Positions 21,269-31,389 of a stretch of DNA of 64,000 bases are shown in pieces. The stretch covers positions 32,001 to 96,000 of the forward strand of contig CAWAKC010000001.1 in NCBI GenBank assembly GCA_963782525.1. The letters are read 5' to 3'. Every line of letters starts with the position of its first letter. Within the stretch, counting starts at the first letter, position 1. The notes below the pieces were generated by a model. It did not search any database. It was given only the letters and a program-made list of their open reading frames with translations, and was not told the origin of the DNA. Origin of the DNA: Candidatus Bathyarchaeota archaeon (GTDB lineage: Archaea; Thermoproteota; Bathyarchaeia; Bathyarchaeales; Bathycorpusculaceae). The translations under genes and the position numbers were made by a program.

Positions 21269-21331
21269 ATAATTATCAGGGGATTTTCAGTGCCAATTAA
21301 GAATTATGTTGACATTTCCTGTGATAATTAT
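21269..21331. repeat. TAATTA palindrome family, full ~63-bp copy
   Basis: ataattatcaggggattttcagtgccaattaagaattatgttgacatttcctgtgataattat. Confidence 0.8.
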
Positions 21332-21638
21332 GCCATCAAACTGTGAGCAATCTAAGCAGTCCTTCGAGCGAGAAACCACCATTTATCTATTCAACAGTCA
21401 AGAAAGTTTGACCAAATCTGGTAACTGTCAGCTCTATCTTAATCAAGGTTTGAGACTGTGTGATAACTCAATTGCTTTTCAAAAAATTGCTGATTTGCTC
21501 GCAAAAAGCAATGGCTGATAAAACGGCTTTTAACAACAATGAAGCAATTTTCAAAATCCAAACTGACTTTTTACACAGTCTCGTTTCTTGACAAAAATAC
21601 CTATAAGGCGATAACTTCATGACTATTTCTGATAAGAA

Positions 21639-22601
21639 ATGAAAGCCTCTATTGCTTTGGTTACTGTGTGCCTCATTGTTTCTCTTTCAATCCTCGCCTT
21701 ACCAGTTAAAGCGCAAGAGCAAGAACCACTAAACCTAACAATCAAGCCAGATGGGAGCATTGAACCAGACACTGATATTGTTTGGCTTCAAAGAAATGGC
21801 ACCACCTACACCTTTATTGTAGATATTTTTGGCACCATAACAGTTCAAAGAGCAGGAATTACAATCGACGGAGCAGGACATACCCTTCAAGGGAACCCCC
21901 GAGAATCGAACTTTCGAGGGATAAATTTGGTTGGACATGATGAGGCTTTCAATGCATATGGCAACGTCTTAGTGAAGAATTTGCGAATTTACAATTTCGC
22001 GGAAGGCATATACACTCCCTCAAACAACAACAGTTTCATCGGCAACTACTTTGACAATGCACGCCTCCACATTATAGGAGGAAGCGATGAAGGAAATATC
22101 GTAAAACATAACATTTTCAATAGCACCGAAATATTCGTTGACTACAATAATGGCGGAAATGATGTCATAACCGAAAACAACTTCATTGACAGTTGGATTT
22201 TTGTTGATTTGGCTAAACCGCCAATTGTTGACAAGAATTACTGGAGCAATTATACAGCAGAATACCCCAACGCAAAGGAATTAGATAATTCTGGAATATG
22301 GGATACGCCAAATGTCTATGACAAATTTGTAGGCGGTAGCCACGGCAACTATTCAGCCATTGATTATCACCCATTAGTTAACCCAATAACCGATTTTGAG
22401 ATTCCCAACTTTAATATCCCTCTTCCATTAGCATCGCCTACTTCACAGCTTACGATTAATACTGGTCCAGAACCACCACAAGCAGAACCCCTCACAACCG
22501 CGATTATTGCCGCTGTGACGCTCGTAGTCGTGTTAGCGGTGGCTGCTGGGTTGTTGGTTTACTTCAAAAAACGCCCACCGAAATCGGGAGGTAAAACATG
22601 A
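21639..22601 (+). CDS. Beta-helix (NosD-like) surface protein with INTG stalk and C-terminal TM
   Basis: Signal peptide, IDGAGHTLQG, NYWS.Y...D.SGIWDTP, TM + YFKKR. Confidence 0.82.
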   Translation: MKASIALVTVCLIVSLSILALPVKAQEQEPLNLTIKPDGSIEPDTDIVWLQRNGTTYTFIVDIFGTITVQRAGITIDGAGHTLQGNPRESNFRGINLVGHDEAFNAYGNVLVKNLRIYNFAEGIYTPSNNNSFIGNYFDNARLHIIGGSDEGNIVKHNIFNSTEIFVDYNNGGNDVITENNFIDSWIFVDLAKPPIVDKNYWSNYTAEYPNAKELDNSGIWDTPNVYDKFVGGSHGNYSAIDYHPLVNPITDFEIPNFNIPLPLASPTSQLTINTGPEPPQAEPLTTAIIAAVTLVVVLAVAAGLLVYFKKRPPKSGGKT

Positions 22602-23704
22602 GGAAGAATGTTGCATTGCTGGTTGTTCTCGTTTTCTTGGCAACTGCATGTTTGACTGCGTATTTGCCCGTGAGGGCTGAATCTAAAACAATCACGGTAC
22701 CAGACGACTCCCCAACTATTCAAGAAGCCATCAACGCTGCAGACGTTGGAGACACAATATTCGTTAAAAGAGGCACTTATGTGGAAAATCCAGTAGTAAA
22801 CAAATCGGTTTCGCTAATTGGAGAAGATAGGGACAAAACTATAATTGACGTGACGGCAGGTTTAAAGGTGCAGAGCAACAACGTAACCATAGCAGGCTTT
22901 ACTATCTATGACGGGTATGACGGGATATCATTAGCTACAAACTACTGCAACATTTCAGGAAACAAGATAACTAATACGACTCATGGCATCGTGGTATTCG
23001 GTTACGAGAATTTGATATCAGGAAATATTTTTGAATCAATCGGGCTTTCATCAGCAATCCAACTGAACTTTGCAAACAGGAATTTTATAAGTAGAAACTA
23101 TATCGCCTCGTGTGTTGAGGGAATCCAGATTTGGCAAAACAGCAACAACAATACTATTAGAGAAAATACAATCACAAACTGTCAGTATACGGCTGTTAGT
23201 TTTCAATACTCAAACGATAACGTGATGATTGGAAATAACATATCCCTTTCAGGTCTTGGAACGTCCATTTATGCTTCTAATAATAACACTATATCCAACA
23301 ATGATTACTTGAAAAATGTCGTTCAATTTTCAGCTAATGAAGATTATTACCTTACATGGGGTGGCAATCGCTCAATTAACACAATTAACCGAAACTATTG
23401 GAGTAACTATAACGGGACAGACGCTAATAGAGATGGCATCGGTGACACTCCATTCATTATAGACTCCTACAATAAAGATAACAATCCTGTTATGTCCCCA
23501 ATTCCAGTTACTTTACCTAATTATGGTCCAACTTCCTCTCCAATCCCAACCATCAATACTGGTCCGCATATGCCAGAAACAGAGCCGTTCCCAACTTCAA
23601 CAGTTTTAGTTGCTGCTTTAATTCTTTTAGCGGTTGTTATCGCATCAGTTTTGCTTTTTAGAAGACATCGAAAAACCTCTAATTTGGGTAAGAAGAGCCC
23701 GTAG
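22598..23704 (+). CDS. NosD/pectin lyase-like beta-helix surface protein with EPFPT-TM tail
   Basis: VPDD.PTIQEAINAA..GDTIFV..GTY.E, Asn ladders, DGIGDTP; ATGA overlap with the upstream gene. Confidence 0.85.
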   Translation: MRKNVALLVVLVFLATACLTAYLPVRAESKTITVPDDSPTIQEAINAADVGDTIFVKRGTYVENPVVNKSVSLIGEDRDKTIIDVTAGLKVQSNNVTIAGFTIYDGYDGISLATNYCNISGNKITNTTHGIVVFGYENLISGNIFESIGLSSAIQLNFANRNFISRNYIASCVEGIQIWQNSNNNTIRENTITNCQYTAVSFQYSNDNVMIGNNISLSGLGTSIYASNNNTISNNDYLKNVVQFSANEDYYLTWGGNRSINTINRNYWSNYNGTDANRDGIGDTPFIIDSYNKDNNPVMSPIPVTLPNYGPTSSPIPTINTGPHMPETEPFPTSTVLVAALILLAVVIASVLLFRRHRKTSNLGKKSP

Positions 23705-23750
23705 CAAACCATAAATTCATTCTATTTTTATACTGCTTATTGGGGTAGCC

Positions 23751-23954
23751 TTGAACAATTTAAGTAGGAATCGTTTGGTCGGTGCGTTCGGAGCTATTGG
23801 TATAGGATCGATAGGTTATGCGATTGTAACATATTTTGTTATTGATTCCAGTAAATATTTACCGTTTGCATTAATCCTATCTACTATTGGTGTTATTTTT
23901 CTAATAACTTCCATAGCAATAAATTCAAAGAAACTGTACCCTGACAAGCAATGA
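23751..23954 (+). CDS. Small two-TM membrane protein
   Basis: Two hydrophobic helices; GGGGT upstream of the TTG. Confidence 0.55.
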   Translation: MNNLSRNRLVGAFGAIGIGSIGYAIVTYFVIDSSKYLPFALILSTIGVIFLITSIAINSKKLYPDKQ

Positions 23955-24019
23955 CCATAAATGACCTTATCCCAAACAAGTTTAGGTTGAGTGCTAAATT
24001 ATTTTTGTTTTGGTGAATC

Positions 24020-24163
24020 TCTCCTGCTTGCATTAGCACCTTTGGGGCGAAGAATGAAGCTACAAAGCATAGCACGCACGAAGCGAGGAGAATTAAACGC
24101 TTGCTTGCAAGAGGTCTAACTCGAATAATTAACTAATAATCGCTTGCCTTTAAGCAATTGCAC
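24020..24163 (-). repeat. Vestigial promoter + signal-peptide module, copy 2
   Basis: Homologous to 17410-17552; minus strand reads KRLILLASCVLCFVASFF. Confidence 0.7.
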
Positions 24164-24239
24164 CAGAAATAGTGAGCAAATTACTCTCTGCAAAGTAACA
24201 AAAATTTGCACTAACCCTCTTTTTTCTATGGGCTCTTTA

Positions 24240-25041
24240 CTAACTTAGGTTACTAATGTAACGCGCCATTATTCTATAGGTTGGAGTGTCAGGGGCAACA
24301 TGGATATAGAGAGTGTTGCCGCTTGTGACTATGTTTTTAGACCCAGTATATTGCCAATTTGAGAACTGCCATTCACCATGGGGGATAAAAGAGGGGGCGC
24401 CCTCATTAGTCATTATTTTGGGTACTGTCACGGTGTGATTAGTTCCAAGATACCAATGGAAAACATAAGACATCTCTCTACTGTAATTGGCTCCATCAAC
24501 GGTCATCGAATAGCAGGGTAAGTCATCCCAAGGGGAAAACGTAAACACGAATCCGATTGGAGTAGTAAAGGGGTAAATTAAGCCAGTTGAATAGTACTCG
24601 GTCGTTTGCGCCAAGTTATAGACATCTATTCCAGCGTTAAATTTTCCTTCCTTCCAATTAAGCGGTATCATGGGAAGAAACGTTACCGTTTCAGAGGAAC
24701 CACCTGCTATTTCCAAAGTAGTGGTATTATCGGCGAGTTCCATCATATTGCCGTTTGGTTCTTGAATTTCCATAACAACGAGGACTTTTTCCTTTTGTTG
24801 CCCATTATTGCGAATCTCAGCTGTCACGTTAACTTGTCCTGGTGTGTCATTTGAGGGACTAACGGTTGCAGTAGTGACAACGAATTGCTTTGGCTTAGCT
24901 GAGGGATAAGAAGTGGGGGATTGAGTAGTTTGTTGTCCAGAGAGTGATTGAAGATTTATTTCTGTAACGATGCGGAGCTAGCCCAATAGCAATTACAAAA
25001 ACCAATATTACGGCAGCAACTATAACCCATTTTCTCTGTAT
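24240..25041 (-). pseudogene. N-terminally anchored surface protein, frameshifted near 24975 (possible ATA start)
   Basis: Upstream frame IQRKWVIVAAVILVFVIAIGLA joins the frame IVTEINLQSLSGQQTTQSPT...NVTAE of the called ORF only by a frameshift. Confidence 0.6.
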
Positions 25042-25393
25042 TGCTCTTACCTCTGAAGCCGCAAATGAACCATACTTACAGGCAGACCCATTTTCAATAA
25101 AAGCTTTCTGGGCAAATTTCCTTAACTAAACTTAGACAAGGTTTCTTGACAAAGCAGTTAAGACCTTGGTGAATCGAATGTATGGCAATTTTACTAATGT
25201 TCAGGTTATGGCAGCCGTGACTGACAGCGATTGTTTGAACCCTGCGATGCTGAGTTGATCACGTACTTGGTAAAGCCTGATTCAAATTAACCTCTCTAAA
25301 GGATAATCAGATTTCATCCAACGATGAGTTGAATCGAACTAAGCTCAGATAATTCTGCTGAGCTAAAGAAATAAACCTAATACGGAATCTACA

Positions 25394-25470
25394 GAAACCT
25401 TGACTAAGCCCAGGCAGAAAGTTTGACAAATAATCACTTAAGCAGCTTAACCTCATTATATTACAGGAAT
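25394..25470 (+). promoter_or_regulatory. Module B promoter (repeated WWGAC boxes + cacttaag TATA-like box)
   Basis: gaaaccttgactaagcccaggcagaaagtttgacaaataatcacttaagc. Confidence 0.65.
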
Positions 25471-25491
25471 GTCAAATTCCAGGTGCCTAAA

Positions 25492-26238
25492 ATGAAGCGA
25501 ATGCCTCTGGTGATGGCGCTATTGATTCTATCCATTACTGTAATTATTTGCCAAGTAGGCGAGGCAACAGCAGAAACAAACGCAAACGCATCAGCTTTGA
25601 TAAGCCATTTTAACGCAAATATTATTTATGCCAATGCCTCAGCAAACTATGTTTTTGCAGAAGTTGACGTCAACTTGACTCGAATCCCAGATCAAATTAT
25701 ACCTGTCGAAGGTGTAACAGACTTCTACAAGATTGAACTAATCTCAAACGGTAAAGTTATAGGCTCAAACATAAGAGGATGCACAATTGGTGCAGGTCTA
25801 TCCATGGATAAGATGATGGGGCTAAGTATGAGTTATGGACACATAGGCACTTCTACTATTAATGGCAACCAAACCATAAGAAAATGGGATGTCTGGTATG
25901 ACCCAATGAATCCAACTTTCGTAGAACCCCTAGCTATTCGTTTGAGCAGAGTGGGATGGGCTATTGTAAATGGCAATGATACATCCATTAATCTCAATTT
26001 AAATCAAGGAGTCCAAGAGGTTTATCTAGCGAAGAGCGATAACTCATATACCTACGGCAAACCTACCCAAAATGACACCCTGACTTCAATTACTCCCGCC
26101 CCTACCACTTCTCCATCTCCGTCACCTATAGAAACTGAATCTTTTCCTGCTACAACTGTAGCAACTTTCTCCTTAGCAATTGTGCTCGCAATAATTGCGG
26201 GTGTGCTGGTTTACTTTAGGATAAGAAAGGGAAGCTAG
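25492..26238 (+). CDS. Secreted protein with C-terminal TM and YFRIRKG tail
   Basis: Signal peptide MKRMPLVM..., ESFPAT stalk, TM, basic tail; the ORF-track start lies inside module B. Confidence 0.75.
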   Translation: MKRMPLVMALLILSITVIICQVGEATAETNANASALISHFNANIIYANASANYVFAEVDVNLTRIPDQIIPVEGVTDFYKIELISNGKVIGSNIRGCTIGAGLSMDKMMGLSMSYGHIGTSTINGNQTIRKWDVWYDPMNPTFVEPLAIRLSRVGWAIVNGNDTSINLNLNQGVQEVYLAKSDNSYTYGKPTQNDTLTSITPAPTTSPSPSPIETESFPATTVATFSLAIVLAIIAGVLVYFRIRKGS

Positions 26239-26330
26239 CAAGTAAGCCAAACCTAGTACGAGAACCCAAGTAAGCAAACCCTACTTCCTTCAGCGCACAA
26301 CATAAACGGCTCTACTTAATGCAAGAAATA

Positions 26331-26360
26331 TAAAACTTCATAAGGCAACAACAACCAATT
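26331..26360 (+). promoter_or_regulatory. Module A promoter/leader repeat
   Basis: taaaacttcataaggcaacaacaaccaat. Confidence 0.7.
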
Positions 26361-26366
26361 GATTAT

Positions 26367-27248
26367 TTGGTCTTGATGGCAATAAAGGCAAGGACATTGA
26401 TTTTAGTTGTTGTTTTATCGGCATTTGGCGCCGCAGCCCACTATGTTACCCCCCAAGATTCAGCCCCTGGCAAAAAACTAGGTAAAGGCATGATTATGGC
26501 AATCTTTGTTATCATTATGCTTTCTGCTTTGGCAGCAGCTTTCATCTTAACCAGACCATTTGATAAAATAGCGCCTGAAGCTACTCCAGGACCGACTACG
26601 GCTTCTGTTCCATATGACTTCAAAATATCCATTGACCAGCCAAGTTTCACCATACGACAAGGTTACAGCTGGGTTGTTACCCTAAGCTTAGAAAGTATCA
26701 GCCGAAACACACAAAATATCGATATGTCCACTGTCAACTTTACTGCCGACTATGACGCAAGCAAAATAAAAGCTGACTTCGGAGTGACCGACTTTCTCTA
26801 TAATGAAAATTTGGGCTCTGAAAACGGAAATGGCACGACAATACCCGCTGGATTTTCAAAGCAGCTAACAATAACCGTTCCGAAATCAACGCCAACAAAC
26901 AACTATACGGTAACTGTATCGGCTTGGGTCGGTTCGGTTAACCATAATACTTCTATTTTGGTTGGGGTTGAAAGCGCTACAGTTTCAGTTCATGGAACAG
27001 TTAGCCCTGGAAAGACGGGTTTGTTTCCAACTACAATTCGATTCCATGACTTGGTATCTGGAGAAATGTTTTCGATAGCAATCCAAGGTAACGGTTACTC
27101 TATTGCAATTCCTAATCACCGAACTTATTCGGTGGCTGCTTGGGAATTTAGAGTCCAGTGGTGGACGTGCGATAGTAATTTCTGGTTAGAAGTAACCCCT
27201 GGAAGTTCTTCATTGAACAAAGATTTTACACTTGTTGAACGCAGTTAA
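26367..27248 (+). CDS. N-terminally anchored multi-beta-sandwich protein (paralog of 38261-39418)
   Basis: Shares SVPYDFKIS, LTITVP.STPT..Y, SATVSV.GTV, YSI..PN.R.Y and KDFT with the paralog. Confidence 0.75.
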   Translation: MVLMAIKARTLILVVVLSAFGAAAHYVTPQDSAPGKKLGKGMIMAIFVIIMLSALAAAFILTRPFDKIAPEATPGPTTASVPYDFKISIDQPSFTIRQGYSWVVTLSLESISRNTQNIDMSTVNFTADYDASKIKADFGVTDFLYNENLGSENGNGTTIPAGFSKQLTITVPKSTPTNNYTVTVSAWVGSVNHNTSILVGVESATVSVHGTVSPGKTGLFPTTIRFHDLVSGEMFSIAIQGNGYSIAIPNHRTYSVAAWEFRVQWWTCDSNFWLEVTPGSSSLNKDFTLVERS

Positions 27249-27373
27249 TCGTTTAGAACGGGTGCGTACACGCCGCTCCGCAAATAAATATGGACATGGC
27301 ACACGCAAGTGATTAGGAAAATTTATAGTCTAATGAGCGAAAAATGCTCTCATTAACGTAAGAACATTGGTGC

Positions 27374-27530
27374 AAAGCTTCATAAGGCAACAGCAACCAA
27401 TAGCCGATTGTTAGATATGAAATAGTTTCTGCTTTTCCTTATGTTCTTCTGTTACCCTCTAACTTTTTGTCAGCCAGAAACCTTGACAAACCATAGACAA
27501 GAAAGCTTGACAACAAACCTTTTAGGCGCA
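27374..27530 (+). repeat. Empty cassette: module A + signal-peptide stub + module B (degenerate direct repeat of 50544-50700)
   Basis: aagcttcataaggcaacagcaaccaatagcc...ttcttctgttaccctct....ttttgtcagcca...ccttgacaaaccatagacaagaaagcttgac. Confidence 0.7.
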
Positions 27531-27541
27531 TCCCAGCACAC

Positions 27542-29389
27542 TTGGGGTGGGGTGAAACGGTGCGAAACAGGTTGAAGCATAGACCACTATGTGACGCCTC
27601 TTTGTACCTAAAAGGCGTAGCTGCAATGGCTTGTTTTATGATCGTTTTGGGGGCTTTCTATACTTTGCCTGTAAAGGCCGATGGGACTATGTTTCGTGGC
27701 GATCTCAACCGGACCGGTGTAGCTTCCGGTCCCGCGGTTTTTGCCGTTTCCTCTCTCTGGAATTTTTCGTCAGGTGATATTCGGGCCTCACCAGTCGTTG
27801 CAAACGGTATCGTATACGTTGTTTCTTTGGACAAAAACCTCTATGCTCTCAACGCAACAACCGGAGTTAAACTTTGGAATTTCAGCGACGCTTACGCGTT
27901 GTATTCAGCCCCTTCAATAGTAGAGGGAATTGTCTATTTTGGTGGGCTCAGTTGCGTCTGGGCTTTGAACGGTACAAGCGGAATGCTGATTTGGAGAGCG
28001 GCTACTATTTCGCCAAACAGTACTGTTCAATCGTCTCCCGCGGTTGTTGATGGAGTCGTTTATGTTGGTTGCTCTGATCAAAATCTTTACGCGTTGAGTG
28101 CAGATACAGGAAACAGAATTTGGGCTTTCCAATCCTCAGGTCAATTCTATTCGTCTCCAGCGGTAGTTGACGGAGTTGTCTATGCTGGTTCAAGCAAGGG
28201 GTACCTTTACGCAGTTGACGCTTATAGTGGCAGATTGCTTTGGGCCTTCCAAACTGGGGGACCTATTGATTCTTCCCCTGCAGTCGTCGATAGGATTGTT
28301 TATTTTGGCTCTTGGGATGGGAATGTGTACGCTGTCAACGTCGCTAACCATGCAAAACTGTGGAGCTACTCCACAGGCGACCAAGTCAGTTGTTCAGCAG
28401 CCGTGGCAAATGGTGTGGTCTACATTGGTTCTGAGGATAACAATTTCTATGCTTTGGATGCAATTAACGGCAGTAAACTGTGGAGTTACACTGTAGAAAA
28501 CGTAATTTACTCATCCCCAGTTGTAGTGGATGGTGTGGTGTATTTTGGCGATGGGAACGGAAACGTTCTTGCCTTGGATGCAGTCAATGGCACACAAATT
28601 TGGTGTTACACAACAGTTGGAGGCGTCTTAGCATCACCAGCCATCGTTAACGGTATTGTGTATATCGCCGCACTCCGAGGCCCGCAGCAGTACAGTACTA
28701 TCCCAACGTTATACGCTTTAGCGGCATCCTCAACTCCCGGACCGTTTAAGACCATGCATATTAGATTTCCACTACCCACTACGCAACCAACGCCAACCTG
28801 GAGCCCCAGCCCAACCGCTACGCCTCTGCAATCACCGATGCCCACCTCTCAGGCAACGTCGAAACCAACTGCTAAGCCCTCACCAACCCCAACTTCATCG
28901 ACTAATTTAACAGCAACAACAGAAAACGGAACTACGTTGTTCCTTGAACTCAGCGGAAATATAACTGAAAGTCAAGTAAGTAGAGCTACGTTGGCCGTAA
29001 ACCAATCTGCGGCAACCACAACACTCTCCTTCACTTTAAACGGGCAAAGTGGCACTGTCGGGTTTAGCAACATAACGATCCCAAAAGCGGTCGTCCTCAC
29101 AGGATCAACACCAATGATTTGGGTAGATACTCAACCTGCCCAAAATCAAGGCTTTACTCAGGATGCCCTTAATTACTACGTTTGGTACACGGCGCATTTC
29201 AGCAGCCACCAAATAGCGATAGTTTTCAGCGCAGATACTTTGCCAAGCCCAACGACGATAAATGGAAGTTTGGGGGGCCAAATTACTTGGACTCAAATAA
29301 TCTTCGGAGTCCTTGGTGCCTTGGTTATTGTATTAGTCACCGTTGGAGTGCTAATACTCGTCAACCGGGAGAGACGCAGAAACCCTTGA
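27542..29389 (+). CDS. PQQ-like beta-propeller surface protein with PT stalk, accessory C-terminal domain and TM
   Basis: MFRGDLNRTG, ~8 SSPAVVDGVVY.GS.D...YA repeats, G.SG..GF.NITIPK...VWYT.HFS.H domain, TM + RERRR. Confidence 0.88.
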   Translation: MGWGETVRNRLKHRPLCDASLYLKGVAAMACFMIVLGAFYTLPVKADGTMFRGDLNRTGVASGPAVFAVSSLWNFSSGDIRASPVVANGIVYVVSLDKNLYALNATTGVKLWNFSDAYALYSAPSIVEGIVYFGGLSCVWALNGTSGMLIWRAATISPNSTVQSSPAVVDGVVYVGCSDQNLYALSADTGNRIWAFQSSGQFYSSPAVVDGVVYAGSSKGYLYAVDAYSGRLLWAFQTGGPIDSSPAVVDRIVYFGSWDGNVYAVNVANHAKLWSYSTGDQVSCSAAVANGVVYIGSEDNNFYALDAINGSKLWSYTVENVIYSSPVVVDGVVYFGDGNGNVLALDAVNGTQIWCYTTVGGVLASPAIVNGIVYIAALRGPQQYSTIPTLYALAASSTPGPFKTMHIRFPLPTTQPTPTWSPSPTATPLQSPMPTSQATSKPTAKPSPTPTSSTNLTATTENGTTLFLELSGNITESQVSRATLAVNQSAATTTLSFTLNGQSGTVGFSNITIPKAVVLTGSTPMIWVDTQPAQNQGFTQDALNYYVWYTAHFSSHQIAIVFSADTLPSPTTINGSLGGQITWTQIIFGVLGALVIVLVTVGVLILVNRERRRNP

Positions 29390-29448
29390 GAGTTCAAAAA
29401 TTGCTTATTAGATTGGCATACCATGGCTGATTTGTCTCGACCAATCAG

Positions 29449-29487
29449 GTAAAACTTCTTAAAGTAACAGCAACCAATAGCCGATTG
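29449..29487 (+). promoter_or_regulatory. Module A repeat
   Basis: gtaaaacttcttaaagtaacagcaaccaatagccgattg. Confidence 0.65.
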
Positions 29488-29570
29488 TACATATGAAAGG
29501 TGTAGTGTTCTCTTAGGGGAACGGGCTGTTCTTTGGGGAGAGCTAAAAGGTTCTTCAACATTAACTTGTT

Positions 29571-30284
29571 ATGATAGAAGTGTCAAGAACAAAGGTAACC
29601 CAAATTATGGCATTAGTTCTCTTACTATTCAGCAATAGTTTGGGTTATGCCAGCTGCAACATTGTGTTTACAGCGAAAGGGCCTGATTTGGTTGCTACAA
29701 CTTCCCCATACATCATCTCTCCAGCCAATCAGACCTACAATTCAGGATTACTCAATCTGAACGTCAGTTTCAAGGGGTTTATTTGGGGAAATATGTACTT
29801 CTCGATGAACTATAGCTTAGATGGAAAAGACAACCAAACAATTCCTTTAACACCACACTATTTTGGGAGCTTTTTGCAAGGAGACCCCGATAAGAACTAT
29901 TGGGATGGTTCGATAGAATTGCCAGCCCTCCCTAGTGGTTCGCATTGTTTAACGGTCTACTTGGAGGTGATCTGGGAGACCTTTGACTCTTCGGGGTCCC
30001 ACAACCAAACCGAGATTGATCGCCAAACTGTAGATTTCGCAGTCTCTTCGCCAATTCAGTTGCTAATGCCACAGCAACCCACAAACACTTCCTCAACTCT
30101 CCAGCGTCAAATATCCATAAGTCCAACCCCGCTTACAGCAACACAAACACCTCCAAACAATGAACCAACCGCATTAGTACTCTATCCACAAACCCAGATT
30201 GCAGTTGCTTCTGTAGTTTTGATTGTAGCAATTGCTTCTGTCACATGGGTTTACATCAAGAGGCGCAAGTCTAAAACATCTTAG
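29571..30284 (+). CDS. Array surface protein, Ig-like domain + TM (KRRKSKT tail)
   Basis: IISPANQTY...LNVSF...YSLDG...LP.GSH.LTVY. Confidence 0.8.
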   Translation: MIEVSRTKVTQIMALVLLLFSNSLGYASCNIVFTAKGPDLVATTSPYIISPANQTYNSGLLNLNVSFKGFIWGNMYFSMNYSLDGKDNQTIPLTPHYFGSFLQGDPDKNYWDGSIELPALPSGSHCLTVYLEVIWETFDSSGSHNQTEIDRQTVDFAVSSPIQLLMPQQPTNTSSTLQRQISISPTPLTATQTPPNNEPTALVLYPQTQIAVASVVLIVAIASVTWVYIKRRKSKTS

Positions 30285-30292
30285 CAAAAAAC

Positions 30293-30330
30293 GTAAAACT
30301 TCATAAAGCAACAGCAACCAATAGCCATCG
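30293..30330 (+). promoter_or_regulatory. Module A repeat
   Basis: gtaaaacttcataaagcaacagcaaccaatagcc, ending a few nt before ATG 30338. Confidence 0.7.
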
Positions 30331-30337
30331 TGTAACT

Positions 30338-31042
30338 ATGCAAAAAAGAGTCTTGCTCGCTGCTTCCATTCTCGTATTATCTCTGCTTGTTATGCTACAA
30401 GGCTTGCTAGTCTCGGATGCTAATCCTCTCCCTTGGTTTGCTGACCCTCAAATGAGTGTGTCTATCCAGTTTCCAACGAATGGAACCATTACTTCTCTTC
30501 CTGTTTGGGTGAATTTTACTTCTCTGGGTGATGGACAGTTTACTGTCTCTGATGACACTACAAAAGAGTGGGTTAGATCATTCTTCTACGTCATAGACGA
30601 GCAGAATATGAAGACGTCGGGTTTGAGGTTTGAAACAAAAAACACCACAATCACAGGTCCAAGCGCACCAAAATATTGCAGCAACTTTAGTGGGCAAGCG
30701 TGCATAACGAACTTGGAAGATGGCCCGCATACAATAACGGTCTATTATGGTGCAGTCAATAGAATTAGTTATGTTGGTACTCCACAAGAAAGCATATACT
30801 ATAGTCCATACTGGCAAGCTACTGCTCAATTCTATGTTGATAGTAACCTTGCCTCAGGTCTCACTATTACTCCAAGCCCAACCCCAACCCAAAGTATACC
30901 TACAATTAACACAGGTGACACATTGCCTGTTGAGTTGAATCCCTCAATAGTCTATATCACACTGGCCATTGTGACTGCAATAATAGCGGTTGCTTCAATC
31001 ACATTGGTTTACTTCAAGAAACACAAACGCAATGCAGTTTAG
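30338..31042 (+). CDS. Array ANP-type Ig-like surface protein
   Basis: Signal...DANP, core shared with 32581, PTINTGDTLPVELNP stalk, TM, YFKK. Confidence 0.82.
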   Translation: MQKRVLLAASILVLSLLVMLQGLLVSDANPLPWFADPQMSVSIQFPTNGTITSLPVWVNFTSLGDGQFTVSDDTTKEWVRSFFYVIDEQNMKTSGLRFETKNTTITGPSAPKYCSNFSGQACITNLEDGPHTITVYYGAVNRISYVGTPQESIYYSPYWQATAQFYVDSNLASGLTITPSPTPTQSIPTINTGDTLPVELNPSIVYITLAIVTAIIAVASITLVYFKKHKRNAV

Positions 31043-31145
31043 TCGCTGTTTTAGTGATTAAGCAAAGAACTACAAAGTAGACACTATGGGGAAATTGTAA
31101 TATATTTAGTTAATAATTGATATTAAATTAGCTAAGTGACTGCAA

Positions 31146-31373
31146 ATGGAAGACCCGATGGATAGGATACTAATAGACCCAGAAGTTCTCTCTGGCAAAC
31201 CAGTCATTAAAGGAACCCGCATTCCAGTCTATCTTATCCTCGACCTTTTTGCAAGTGGCATGACACAAAAAGAAATCCTAAATCAGTATCCCACACTGAA
31301 AAAAGAAGACATCAAAGCTGCACTTGTTTATGCTTCAAAATGCCTGGAGAATGAAGAAACAATAGTGATCTAA
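31146..31373 (+). CDS. DUF433-family antitoxin
   Basis: IDPEVLSGKPVIKGTRIPV..IL...ASG....IL.QYP.L..EDI.AAL.YA. Confidence 0.92.
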   Translation: MEDPMDRILIDPEVLSGKPVIKGTRIPVYLILDLFASGMTQKEILNQYPTLKKEDIKAALVYASKCLENEETIVI

Positions 31374-31389
31374 TAAGAGCTGCGCATTC

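Noticed and set aside
17599-21331. Canonical integron attC array
   Set aside because: No RYYYAAC/GTTRRRY ends and no IntI in the window; kept only as a non-canonical candidate
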